From positions 1 through 31,297 of the IMG/VR virus record IMGVR_UViG_3300049781_000033: DNA of 31,297 nucleotides, one strand, 5' to 3'. The notes below the pieces were generated by a model, which made no database searches, was not told the DNA's origin, and saw only the letters and a program-made list of their open reading frames with translations. The stretch comes from a virus (lineage: Duplodnaviria > Caudoviricetes). This document shows, in pieces, positions 24,799-31,297 of the stretch (within the stretch, counting starts at the first letter, position 1; every line of letters starts with the position of its first letter). Made by a program: the position numbers and the translations under genes.

Positions 24799-24981
24799 TC
24801 AGTGCCCGCCGTAGACCCGGTGGTTCATGTAGAAGACCGACAAGCCGAGGGCTGCGACTCCTGCCACAACGCTGAGCATCATGACTGAACCTGACAAGAG
24901 CATAGCTCCGATTCCGTCGAGTACGTACGGCATAGCCCCATTCAACTTGGCGGCTAGCCTGCGGCGACGTTCCTTTGTCAC
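24799..24981 (-). CDS. Small membrane protein between terminase and portal (60 aa; alternative start 25041)
   Basis: GTG 24981 with SD GGAGG; basic N-terminus then a long hydrophobic stretch; lower GC than neighbours. Confidence 0.68.
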   Translation of the reverse strand: MTKERRRRLAAKLNGAMPYVLDGIGAMLLSGSVMMLSVVAGVAALGLSVFYMNHRVYGGH

Positions 24982-25014
24982 GGTTACGCCCCTCCCGTCC
25001 CGCCGGGACGCTCG

Positions 25015-25031
25015 TTGTAGGAACCCTACAA
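25015..25031. promoter_or_regulatory. AT-rich palindrome TTGTAGG-AAC-CCTACAA
   Basis: Perfect 7-bp inverted repeat just after the terminase stop. Confidence 0.45.
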
Positions 25032-25037
25032 GGACGG

Positions 25038-26378
25038 TCATCCGACGAACCTCAGCTGCGGACGCCCGCCCAGATCCCGCTCCGCGACCATGTACCGGCC
25101 CGCGTCCATCCCGTGATCGTTCTCCTTCAGCGGCACCTCCGGCACCGTCCCGCCCGGCCTCACCGCCCACACATAGCCGGTGATCTCCTCCTCCGTGCTG
25201 CACGGCTTCTTCGCCTCGTCCAGCGCCGGGTCCCGCTCCACCAGCGCGCCCCGCACGATGAAGAAGCGCGGCCGGCCGTCCGCCTGCACCTTCAGCCGGG
25301 CCTGCACCGCCTGGATGCCAGGGGACACCTTCTTGTTCGCCGCGACCGTGGACAGGCCCAGGTGCTTCTCCAGCGTGGCCCGGTCCTCCGCGTCGTGGTC
25401 GCAGATCACCGCCCGCGGCCGGGGCTCGCGCCACTGCCCGGACGGGTACTGCATCAGCGCCTTCGCCTGGCGGGCGAGATCCTCGACGAGGCGGCGCGTG
25501 TGGTAGATCTCCCGGTACAGGAACAGCCGGCCGTCGGGGTCCTCGGCCCACCACTGGATCACGGCCGGGTTGGTGAACCCGAAGTCCACCGTGATCCAGC
25601 GGGTCCACTCGGTGGGGATCGTGAACGGGTCGACGAGGTGGGTGGCCTCGTCGAACTCGCCGTAGATCAGGCCCTCGGCCGCCGCCCACGTGCCGTCCCG
25701 GAGCCGGGCCTTGCGGACGCCGGTCAGGTTGTCGAGCTTCGCGAAGTAGTCGCGGCCCGCGTCGGTGTACGTGCCGTCCGCGTTGACGTACGCCGGATTG
25801 TCCCGGTGGCGGGACACCAGCATCCGGGCCACGCCCTGGTCGCAGCGCTGCTTGATCCAGTGCGTGGGGCCGGACGGGTTGCACGCGCCGATCTGCTGCT
25901 GCCACGACAGGACGCCGTTGCGTAGGCGGGTGCCGATGGACTCCCAGTCGGTGATGGTCAGTTCGGTGGCCTCGTCGGCGAACACCATGTCGTACTCCGC
26001 CGACATGATTTTCTCGGGCTTGTCCATCCCGCCGACGTTGATCTTCGAGCCGTTCGAGTAGCGGTAGCCCGGGGCCTCGCGGGCGCTGCCGCCGAACCAG
26101 GACACGATGCCGCGGGCGATGGCGTCCTGCGCAACCTTCTTCTCGTACGTCACCAGCGTCGTCGAGCCCAGCGACACGGCCGTCTTGCGGACGATCAGGA
26201 ACCGGGCGTCGGGGTTGTGCAGCGCGACGAGGTGCATCCGGTACAGCGACACCAGCGACTTCCCGGTGCCCGCCGGACCGGCGATGAAGACTTCCGACTC
26301 GCGGGCTTTGAACAGCTGCTGCGCTGCGCCGCGCGGCTCGTACCGGACGATCGCGTCCTGGTCGAGCGCCGTCGTCAC
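25038..26378 (-). CDS. Terminase large subunit
   Basis: Walker A GPAGTGKS, Walker B VFADEA, coupling motif ACNP, nuclease VDFGFTNP and DHGMDAGRY. Confidence 0.95.
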   Translation of the reverse strand: MTTALDQDAIVRYEPRGAAQQLFKARESEVFIAGPAGTGKSLVSLYRMHLVALHNPDARFLIVRKTAVSLGSTTLVTYEKKVAQDAIARGIVSWFGGSAREAPGYRYSNGSKINVGGMDKPEKIMSAEYDMVFADEATELTITDWESIGTRLRNGVLSWQQQIGACNPSGPTHWIKQRCDQGVARMLVSRHRDNPAYVNADGTYTDAGRDYFAKLDNLTGVRKARLRDGTWAAAEGLIYGEFDEATHLVDPFTIPTEWTRWITVDFGFTNPAVIQWWAEDPDGRLFLYREIYHTRRLVEDLARQAKALMQYPSGQWREPRPRAVICDHDAEDRATLEKHLGLSTVAANKKVSPGIQAVQARLKVQADGRPRFFIVRGALVERDPALDEAKKPCSTEEEITGYVWAVRPGGTVPEVPLKENDHGMDAGRYMVAERDLGGRPQLRFVG

Positions 26379-26938
26379 GTCAGGTCCGCCGGGTCGACAC
26401 CCACCACCTCGTACCGGACCGCGCCGGACACGGCGACCTGCGCAGGCTGGTCCAGGCCGTGGAGCTTGCGGTAGGACTCGCGGATCCTCAGCGCGGTCTG
26501 GATGGCCGTCAGCTTCGGTCCATGGTCCGTGAGCGGCTTCTCCTCGCCGGTGGCCGGGTCCCGCAGGGTGACGACCTTGCCGTGCGACACGGTGACGTGG
26601 TTGGCCTCGATGACCTCCATCGCCATCAGGTACAGGTCGTCCAGCTGCGCCGACTCCGCCTGAATCAGCCGAGTGACGGCAGGCCGGGCCACGTCGGCCT
26701 TCGCGGCGAGGACACCCTTGCGAGCCATGGACTTATCGGAGTAGCCGAACAGCTCGGCGAGTTCCCGGTAGGTGGTGCCGGGGTTGTTGGCGAGATAGTC
26801 GGCCGCGGCGGCGTCGCGTCGGGCGGTCTCGATGCTGCGGACGAAGTTGCCGCGGGCGTTGCGGGCCCGGCCCCGTTGGGGGGTTGGGGTGTCCGGCGGC
26901 GGGTCGGCCGGCACGGGTGGCTCGTTACCGGTTGTCAT
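26375..26938 (-). CDS. Terminase small subunit (HTH)
   Basis: TYRELAELFGY HTH; KLHGLDQP C-terminal motif; GTGA overlap with the large subunit. Confidence 0.8.
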   Translation of the reverse strand: MTTGNEPPVPADPPPDTPTPQRGRARNARGNFVRSIETARRDAAAADYLANNPGTTYRELAELFGYSDKSMARKGVLAAKADVARPAVTRLIQAESAQLDDLYLMAMEVIEANHVTVSHGKVVTLRDPATGEEKPLTDHGPKLTAIQTALRIRESYRKLHGLDQPAQVAVSGAVRYEVVGVDPADLT

Positions 26939-26944
26939 GGTCTG

Positions 26945-26977
26945 ATGGTAACGGTGAGGTGGCGCCGTGGGGTGGCG
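26945..26977 (-). promoter_or_regulatory. Putative leaderless promoter for the packaging operon with an upstream tandem repeat
   Basis: TACCAT (26950-26945) lies 6 nt before the ATG; no SD; CGCCACCYCAC repeated at 26977-26967 and 26964-26954. Confidence 0.55.
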
Positions 26978-26982
26978 TGCGG

Positions 26983-27019
26983 GAGGGCCCGTTCCCTGGT
27001 GGCTGGGGAACGGGCCCTC
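26983..27019. terminator. Intrinsic terminator-like hairpin insulating the terminase from the WYL operon
   Basis: 14-bp perfect stem gagggcccgttccc/gggaacgggccctc. Confidence 0.8.
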
Positions 27020-27037
27020 TGTTGTGCGGCGGTGAGG

Positions 27038-27211
27038 TCAGGTGTCGTTGCGGCGGTCGATCTCGTCGCTGATCCGGTCGGCGTAGTCGGCGTGCCACTC
27101 CTTCACGCTGTCGCTGCCTGCGTAAGCGTCGGTGGTCAACTTGAGGCAGGCCGCGCGCTCGGTGTGGAGCGTGCCGGGGGTGTAGGCGGCGAGGATCTCG
27201 GAGCGGTTCAT
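27038..27211 (-). CDS. 57-aa hypothetical protein (MNRSEILAAYTPGTLHTERAACLKL...DEIDRRNDT), not in the ORF track
   Basis: ATG with SD AGGAG, 9 nt after the WYL stop; high GC3; ends just before the hairpin. Confidence 0.72.
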   Translation of the reverse strand: MNRSEILAAYTPGTLHTERAACLKLTTDAYAGSDSVKEWHADYADRISDEIDRRNDT

Positions 27212-27220
27212 GAAGGACTC

Positions 27221-27637
27221 CTAGGCGGCGAGAGCGTCGGCGAGCAGCTGCACCCGCGCGACGGCGGGGTAGTCGACGGGGTACAGCACGGTGACGGTGG
27301 CGAGGCCGGCGGTGCGGGCCGGCTTGTCGTCGGCGGCCGGGCGGGCGAGGACGTAGGCGGTGCGGTGGACGGTGTAGGCGACGAGGCGGTCGAGGCGGAA
27401 GGAGCGGCTCTCGCCGGTCTCGCGGTCCATGGCCTTGAGGAGGATGTCACCGGCGGCGCTCACGACCACGTCATAGATCTCGATGGTGCGCACCGTCTCG
27501 ACGAGCCGGCCGGTCTTGCGGCCAGCGTTGTCCTTCTCTTCCTTCAGGTAGGTGATGGTGACGGGGTGCTTGGCGTCGAGGGCCTTGATGAGGCGGGTGA
27601 GGGTCTGGGTGGTGGTCTCGTTCGCGGTGCGCCTCAT
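27221..27637 (-). CDS. Stand-alone WYL-domain protein
   Basis: A-----PVTITY...VRTIEIY...L-AMDRETGESRSFRLDRL WYL signature; no HTH and no WCX domain. Confidence 0.85.
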   Translation of the reverse strand: MRRTANETTTQTLTRLIKALDAKHPVTITYLKEEKDNAGRKTGRLVETVRTIEIYDVVVSAAGDILLKAMDRETGESRSFRLDRLVAYTVHRTAYVLARPAADDKPARTAGLATVTVLYPVDYPAVARVQLLADALAA

Positions 27638-27678
27638 CGGGTCCCCCTCGGTTCGGGTTACCTCCCGCCCTGTTCACG

Positions 27679-27738
27679 GGTGGTTAACCACCTCCAATAT
27701 GACACAGGCTGGACGGGTGGTCAACCACCTGTCAGACT
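27679..27738. promoter_or_regulatory. Overlapping divergent promoters with two GGTGGTYAACCACC operators
   Basis: Palindromes at 27679-27692 and 27716-27729; minus TTGACC-N17-CATATT (27724-27696); plus TGGACG-N17-CAGACT (27710-27738), 6 nt before ATG 27745. Confidence 0.8.
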
Positions 27739-27744
27739 CTCCTC

Positions 27745-27942
27745 ATGGCCAATCAGCACAAGGAGAAGCTCCGAGGGATCAGAGGCGTCGACGACCAGCT
27801 CTGGAACGACCTCGACACCGCCGCCAAGGCAGCCGGCGCCGACCGGTCAGCGGTGACCCGGGAGTTGTGGGAGTGGTACGTCCAACGCCCCGGCGCCGAG
27901 CTGCCGGAGCGCCCGGTGAGCAGCGAGGAGACGACCGCATGA
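27745..27942 (+). CDS. Ribbon-helix-helix (CopG/Arc-like) DNA-binding protein
   Basis: LRGIRGVDDQLWNDLDTAAKAAGADRSAVTRELWEWY follows the strand-helix-G-xRS-helix pattern. Confidence 0.8.
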   Translation: MANQHKEKLRGIRGVDDQLWNDLDTAAKAAGADRSAVTRELWEWYVQRPGAELPERPVSSEETTA

Positions 27943-28115
27943 GCGAGCAGCCGACCACTGTCGACACGCTGTACCTGGACGCCGAGCACTTCGCCCTCAT
28001 GACCGAGCAACAGCCGTTGGAACCAAGAGATCGCGTCCTGCCTGTCGGTCTTCCCTTCCCGGGGCTGCCGGTCGACGCGACCCCGCCGCGCCCGGACGAG
28101 GAGCCCACGACATGA
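27939..28115 (+). CDS. 58-aa Pro/acidic hypothetical protein (MSEQPTTVDTLYL...)
   Basis: ATGA overlaps at both ends; SD GAGGAG. Confidence 0.6.
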   Translation: MSEQPTTVDTLYLDAEHFALMTEQQPLEPRDRVLPVGLPFPGLPVDATPPRPDEEPTT

Positions 28116-28369
28116 GTGACTACTCCAGCTTCGACCGCGACCCTGAAGCCCTGGCGTGGGCGCGCAGCAAAGTCGAGGCCTACCTGACCCGACTCCTCAG
28201 CTTCGAGGACCAAGCCACAGCCGAGGGAGACTCGACCACTGTCTCCGCCTGCGAGGTCTCACGCCACCTCGCCAAGCTGCACTTCCTCGGCGATGGAGGA
28301 AACAGGATCGGCGTGTTCGACGAGCGTCTCCCCGGGCTGGCCGATGGCGGTCCGCCTCTCGGCGAGTAG
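28112..28369 (+). CDS. 85-aa hypothetical protein
   Basis: ATGA-coupled; SD GAGGAG; followed by a hairpin. Confidence 0.7.
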   Translation: MSDYSSFDRDPEALAWARSKVEAYLTRLLSFEDQATAEGDSTTVSACEVSRHLAKLHFLGDGGNRIGVFDERLPGLADGGPPLGE

Positions 28370-28383
28370 CCCACGGCATGACG

Positions 28384-28413
28384 AAGGCCCCGTCCGGAAT
28401 CCGGTGCGGGGCC
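28384..28413. terminator. Hairpin between convergent genes
   Basis: ggccccg-tccgg-aat-ccgg-tg-cggggcc imperfect stem. Confidence 0.6.
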
Positions 28414-28431
28414 GTACTGCCTCCGCCTCAG

Positions 28432-28806
28432 CTACTGCCTGGCACGGGGATCGTCCGCCATCTCCAACCCGTCAACCAGCGCCTGCATGAATGCCCGGTT
28501 CCCCGCAGGCGGGTTCTCCTCGTCGGCCAGCCCCTGGCACACCTCCGGCGTTCGCGGATCGTCCTGCCACCCGCCGGGGCTGTAGTTCCAGTCCTCCCAT
28601 GACGGCGCGGCCTCGGTGATGGCGTCGGCGCACTGGCTCGCGGTCTCGGCCTGGCTGAGTGACGGGGCCGACGAGGGCGTGACGGCCGGCGTCGCAGTGG
28701 CCGTGACCGTCTCGGTGGCTGTGGCCGACGGCTCGTCGTCAGAGCTGGAACAGCCAGCGAGCGCGAGGCAGGCGGCAAGGGTGAGCAGGATGGTGGTACG
28801 ACGCAT
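28432..28806 (-). CDS. Lipoprotein (124 aa)
   Basis: MRRTTILLTLAACLALAG-C lipobox, Ser/Thr linker, small domain with two Cys. Confidence 0.85.
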   Translation of the reverse strand: MRRTTILLTLAACLALAGCSSSDDEPSATATETVTATATPAVTPSSAPSLSQAETASQCADAITEAAPSWEDWNYSPGGWQDDPRTPEVCQGLADEENPPAGNRAFMQALVDGLEMADDPRARQ

Positions 28807-28850
28807 GGTTCCCCCAGAGGCAGGTGATGGTGGCCGGGATTCTGGTGCGG

Positions 28851-29264
28851 TCACGGACTTCCGCTCGGCCACGCGGACTCCATCGCCTCCCGCATCGCAT
28901 CCTCGACCGCCTTCTCCAGCTCCGAGCTGTCGAGGTACTCGCCCGCGACCTCGCCCGTGATCCGCTCCAACGTCGCCTGATCGAGCCCGTAGCAGGCGGC
29001 CGGCGCAGGCAGGGACGGCCCGTCGGGGCCAGTGACGGTGGCCTTCTTCATGTTCTCTCGGAGCCCGTCCCTGCACGCGGTCTCGCTCGCGATCGGCTCG
29101 CCCCCATCGTCGTCGAGGAGGACGGCCAGCCCGCCGCCGATCGCGAAGGCGGCGAGCGCGGCGCCAGCGGTCCAGGCCGCGAACCGTCCCCAGCGCGGCC
29201 GGGCAGGCGGTGGCAGGGGCGGTGTCCAGCCGGGTGGCGGAGGGTAGTTCGGCGGCTGGTTCAC
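28851..29264 (-). CDS. Single-TM exported protein with Pro-rich N-terminus (137 aa)
   Basis: GTG 29264 with SD GGGGA; PPPP stretch, TM helix, extracellular two-Cys domain. Confidence 0.78.
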   Translation of the reverse strand: MNQPPNYPPPPGWTPPLPPPARPRWGRFAAWTAGAALAAFAIGGGLAVLLDDDGGEPIASETACRDGLRENMKKATVTGPDGPSLPAPAACYGLDQATLERITGEVAGEYLDSSELEKAVEDAMREAMESAWPSGSP

Positions 29265-29376
29265 GGGTCCCCCAGGTGGCGTGGCTGCTGGGCAGCATGA
29301 TGCGCGCTTGTGTGGGGGGCGTGAAGGCGTCGTCACTGTTCCGTGATGCACGCGGGCCCGGGCCGGGGGCAGACGA

Positions 29377-29406
29377 AGGCCCCGCCGTCACGGAACGGCG
29401 GGGCCT
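29377..29406. terminator. Intrinsic terminator-like hairpin
   Basis: 12-bp perfect stem aggccccgccgt/acggcggggcct after the membrane-protein cluster. Confidence 0.8.
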
Positions 29407-29418
29407 GTCTCGCAGGCT

Positions 29419-30225
29419 TCAGCGGCCGACGATTCCCCGGCGGCGGTGGGTGTCGGCGAGATCGTAGATGATCAGCCCGCCATCGGTGCGCCGTACAGCA
29501 ATCCCCTCTCGGGGCCCCTCTCGGCCGCTGTCGTCGTCGTTGTCGTCGGCAGGCTGACCTGCGCCGACGACACCCGCAGAGGGGCCAGCAGGGGCAGGAG
29601 AGGGGCACTCATCCCAGCGCAGCCCAGCCGACGCCGAACGCCCAGCCATCCGCACGTCCTTCACGGGCCACCCCATCGCGGCCGCGGCGGCGCGCACCAC
29701 GTCGGTGGTCGTACCGAGGTGCTCGGCCAGGGGCTTCAGCTGTGCGTGCGGGGTGCCGACGTCGCGGACCGCGGCGATCAGCCCGACGGGGGAAACGGGC
29801 AGGGGACCGGAGGGCGCGGAGGCGGGCTGCTGCTCCTGGCCGCCGGCCTCCGGCCGGTCCCCTTCGGCCGCGCGCGCCTTGGGCTTCCAGCCGTCCCGGC
29901 CGCACCGGTAGGCGGCCACCACCCACAGGACGGCCGTACCCCACATCAGCCACGGCGCGCGGCCGTCGGCGACCGCCGTGTACAGGCCCCCGCCGGCCGC
30001 CACGGCGACCTTCCGGGCGACCGCGAGGGCGAAGACGAGGAGGGCCAGGCGCAGTAGCCAGCCGAAGGTGAACGGGTCCCCCAGCCAGGCTTCCGCGCGC
30101 TGCCAGTAGCGGCGGGCAGCGTGCACTGCGCGGCCCGCGAGGAGAGTGGCGAGGCGCGCGGATCCGGTGGCGATCCGCTGTCCGGCCTGCCGGATCCACT
30201 GCATCGTCGACGGGACGCGGCTCAT
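29419..30225 (-). CDS. Two-TM membrane protein with C-terminal HTH-like domain (268 aa, MSRVPSTMQW...)
   Basis: ATG 30225 in ATGA overlap; TM segments WLLRLALLVFALAVA and WLMWGTAVLWVVAAY; LKPLAEHLGTTTDVVRAA is HTH-like. Confidence 0.75.
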   Translation of the reverse strand: MSRVPSTMQWIRQAGQRIATGSARLATLLAGRAVHAARRYWQRAEAWLGDPFTFGWLLRLALLVFALAVARKVAVAAGGGLYTAVADGRAPWLMWGTAVLWVVAAYRCGRDGWKPKARAAEGDRPEAGGQEQQPASAPSGPLPVSPVGLIAAVRDVGTPHAQLKPLAEHLGTTTDVVRAAAAAMGWPVKDVRMAGRSASAGLRWDECPSPAPAGPSAGVVGAGQPADDNDDDSGREGPREGIAVRRTDGGLIIYDLADTHRRRGIVGR

Positions 30226-30809
30226 GCGATCTCGCCCTTCGCGATGCCGCCGATGGCCCAGGCGCCGAGGCCGTTGGCGCCCTCGACGACCTGCTGCGCG
30301 ATGAGCGCGGCGGTGCCGGTGGACACGCACAGCAGGACACCGATCAGGACGCCCTTCCACCACCGGCCGCGGACGGCCTTGGCGATGGTCTTCCGCAGGA
30401 TCCACAGGGTGACGACGACGGCGGTCACGACGATGGCCCCGTACCCGTCGATGCGCGGGGTGGCCGCCGTGCCGAGGGTCTGGGAGGGGGTGCCGGTCAG
30501 CCACTTCATGGACAGGTCGCCCACCGAGTTGCCGCCCCAGCGGAGGAACCCGGCGAGGGTGCCGAGGAGACCGGCGGGGCAGGCGATCATCAGGATGCCG
30601 CAGACGATGCCGAAACCGAGCGGGATGAGCGCCTTCGGGTCCTTCGCGGCGCCGCCTCCGTCGTCGCCCTTGCCCTTGCCTCCGCCTCCCTTCCCGCCCT
30701 TGTGCCAGCGCCACAGCTCGGCGCCGAGCAGTGCCAGACCGACGGCGAACCCGGCGGTGGAGATGGTCGTGGTCGTGTACTGGCTGGCGGCCACGGTCAC
30801 GGTGTTCAT
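30222..30809 (-). CDS. Multi-TM membrane protein (195 aa, MNTVTVAASQY...)
   Basis: ATG 30809 in ATGA overlap; ~4 hydrophobic segments; Gly/Lys loop. Confidence 0.8.
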   Translation of the reverse strand: MNTVTVAASQYTTTTISTAGFAVGLALLGAELWRWHKGGKGGGGKGKGDDGGGAAKDPKALIPLGFGIVCGILMIACPAGLLGTLAGFLRWGGNSVGDLSMKWLTGTPSQTLGTAATPRIDGYGAIVVTAVVVTLWILRKTIAKAVRGRWWKGVLIGVLLCVSTGTAALIAQQVVEGANGLGAWAIGGIAKGEIA

Positions 30810-31297
30810 GCGGGCTTCACTCCGGTGAGGGCGTAGACGAGCGTGGTGAGCGGGAGGGTGAGCACGGTGCCGAGGACCGCGGCCCACAGCAGGAACCGGA
30901 CGAGGGCGGCGCGCCACTTCGGCGCCCACAGGTCCGGGTGGGCGCCGGCGGCCTCGGCTCGGCGGGCGTTGTCGAGGAACCCGAGGATGACGAGCGGAAT
31001 CAGGGCCATGACCCAGGCGCCGGCCAAGGACTCGTCGTCGCGGACGTTGGCGAGGAGGGCACCCCACGGTCCGGCCAGCGACAGCGACAGGACGGCGAGG
31101 GCCGCGTTGTAGCCCCAGCGGATTCGCTGCCACCAGCGCGGGACCGGGTCCGGATCGGGGACGGCGAGCCATCCGCCCTGGTCGACGGTGACGGTGACGT
31201 GGACGTCGACCGGCACGGGCGGGGGCGGTCCGGACGGTCCGGCCCCGGTCCGCCACCAGTCCGGGCCGGGATCCGGGGCGATCGGCGGGGCCGGAGG
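30806..31297 (-). CDS. Three-TM membrane protein with Pro-rich N-terminus; 5'-truncated by the window
   Basis: Frame is open to base 31297 (PPAPPIAPDPGPDWWRTG...PVPVDVHV); three hydrophobic segments. Confidence 0.78.
   Translation of the reverse strand, partial: PPAPPIAPDPGPDWWRTGAGPSGPPPPVPVDVHVTVTVDQGGWLAVPDPDPVPRWWQRIRWGYNAALAVLSLSLAGPWGALLANVRDDESLAGAWVMALIPLVILGFLDNARRAEAAGAHPDLWAPKWRAALVRFLLWAAVLGTVLTLPLTTLVYALTGVKPA

Larger units (their letters stand above)
1934..31297. mobile_element. Prophage (siphovirus-type, HK97-fold capsid); continues beyond right edge
   Basis: Contiguous terminase-portal-protease-capsid-connector-tail-tape measure-lysis gene order. Left boundary is inferred from the codon-usage break in the host gene's 3' end. 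No integrase in the window. Confidence 0.92.

Noticed and set aside
27676-27691. Tiny upstream ORF GTG GTT AAC CAC CCG TGA ahead of the WYL gene
   Set aside because: It starts only 4 nt from the predicted -10, so it probably lies before the TSS; explained by the operator sequence.
1-31297. tRNA/rRNA genes, integrase, transposase, in-frame TTA (bldA) codons
   Set aside because: None recognised. The TAA/TTA triplets I checked (e.g. 9370, 27123) are out of frame; the check was not exhaustive.

Overview
High-GC actinobacterial (Streptomyces-like) DNA. Bases 1-1987 encode a host acyl-CoA dehydrogenase whose last ~17 codons look foreign, suggesting a prophage inserted in its 3' end. Everything from ~1934 to the window end is a temperate siphovirus-type prophage; no integrase or replication genes are in the window. 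In order it carries: (i) an end-of-genome regulatory cassette (small XRE, Cys-rich small proteins, divergent DUF6879-like and XRE-DUF5753-like genes with phased GTTGCG repeats); (ii) a five-gene lysis cassette ending in a membrane-anchored collagen-like protein; (iii) a complete minus-strand tail/head/packaging operon; (iv) an accessory block with a stand-alone WYL gene divergent from an RHH repressor across two palindromic operators, two related exported Cys-pair proteins, and a coupled membrane-protein cluster running off the end. Best second-look items: a Zn-finger-like gene nested in another frame with an apparent ATC start; the RHH/WYL switch with readable back-to-back promoters; a -1 frameshift heptamer plus hairpin; Russian-doll nested domains in two virion proteins; a portal-MuF-like fusion; duplicated tail-tube genes; and an internal start in the endolysin. 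Family names come from motif recognition by eye, not database searches.
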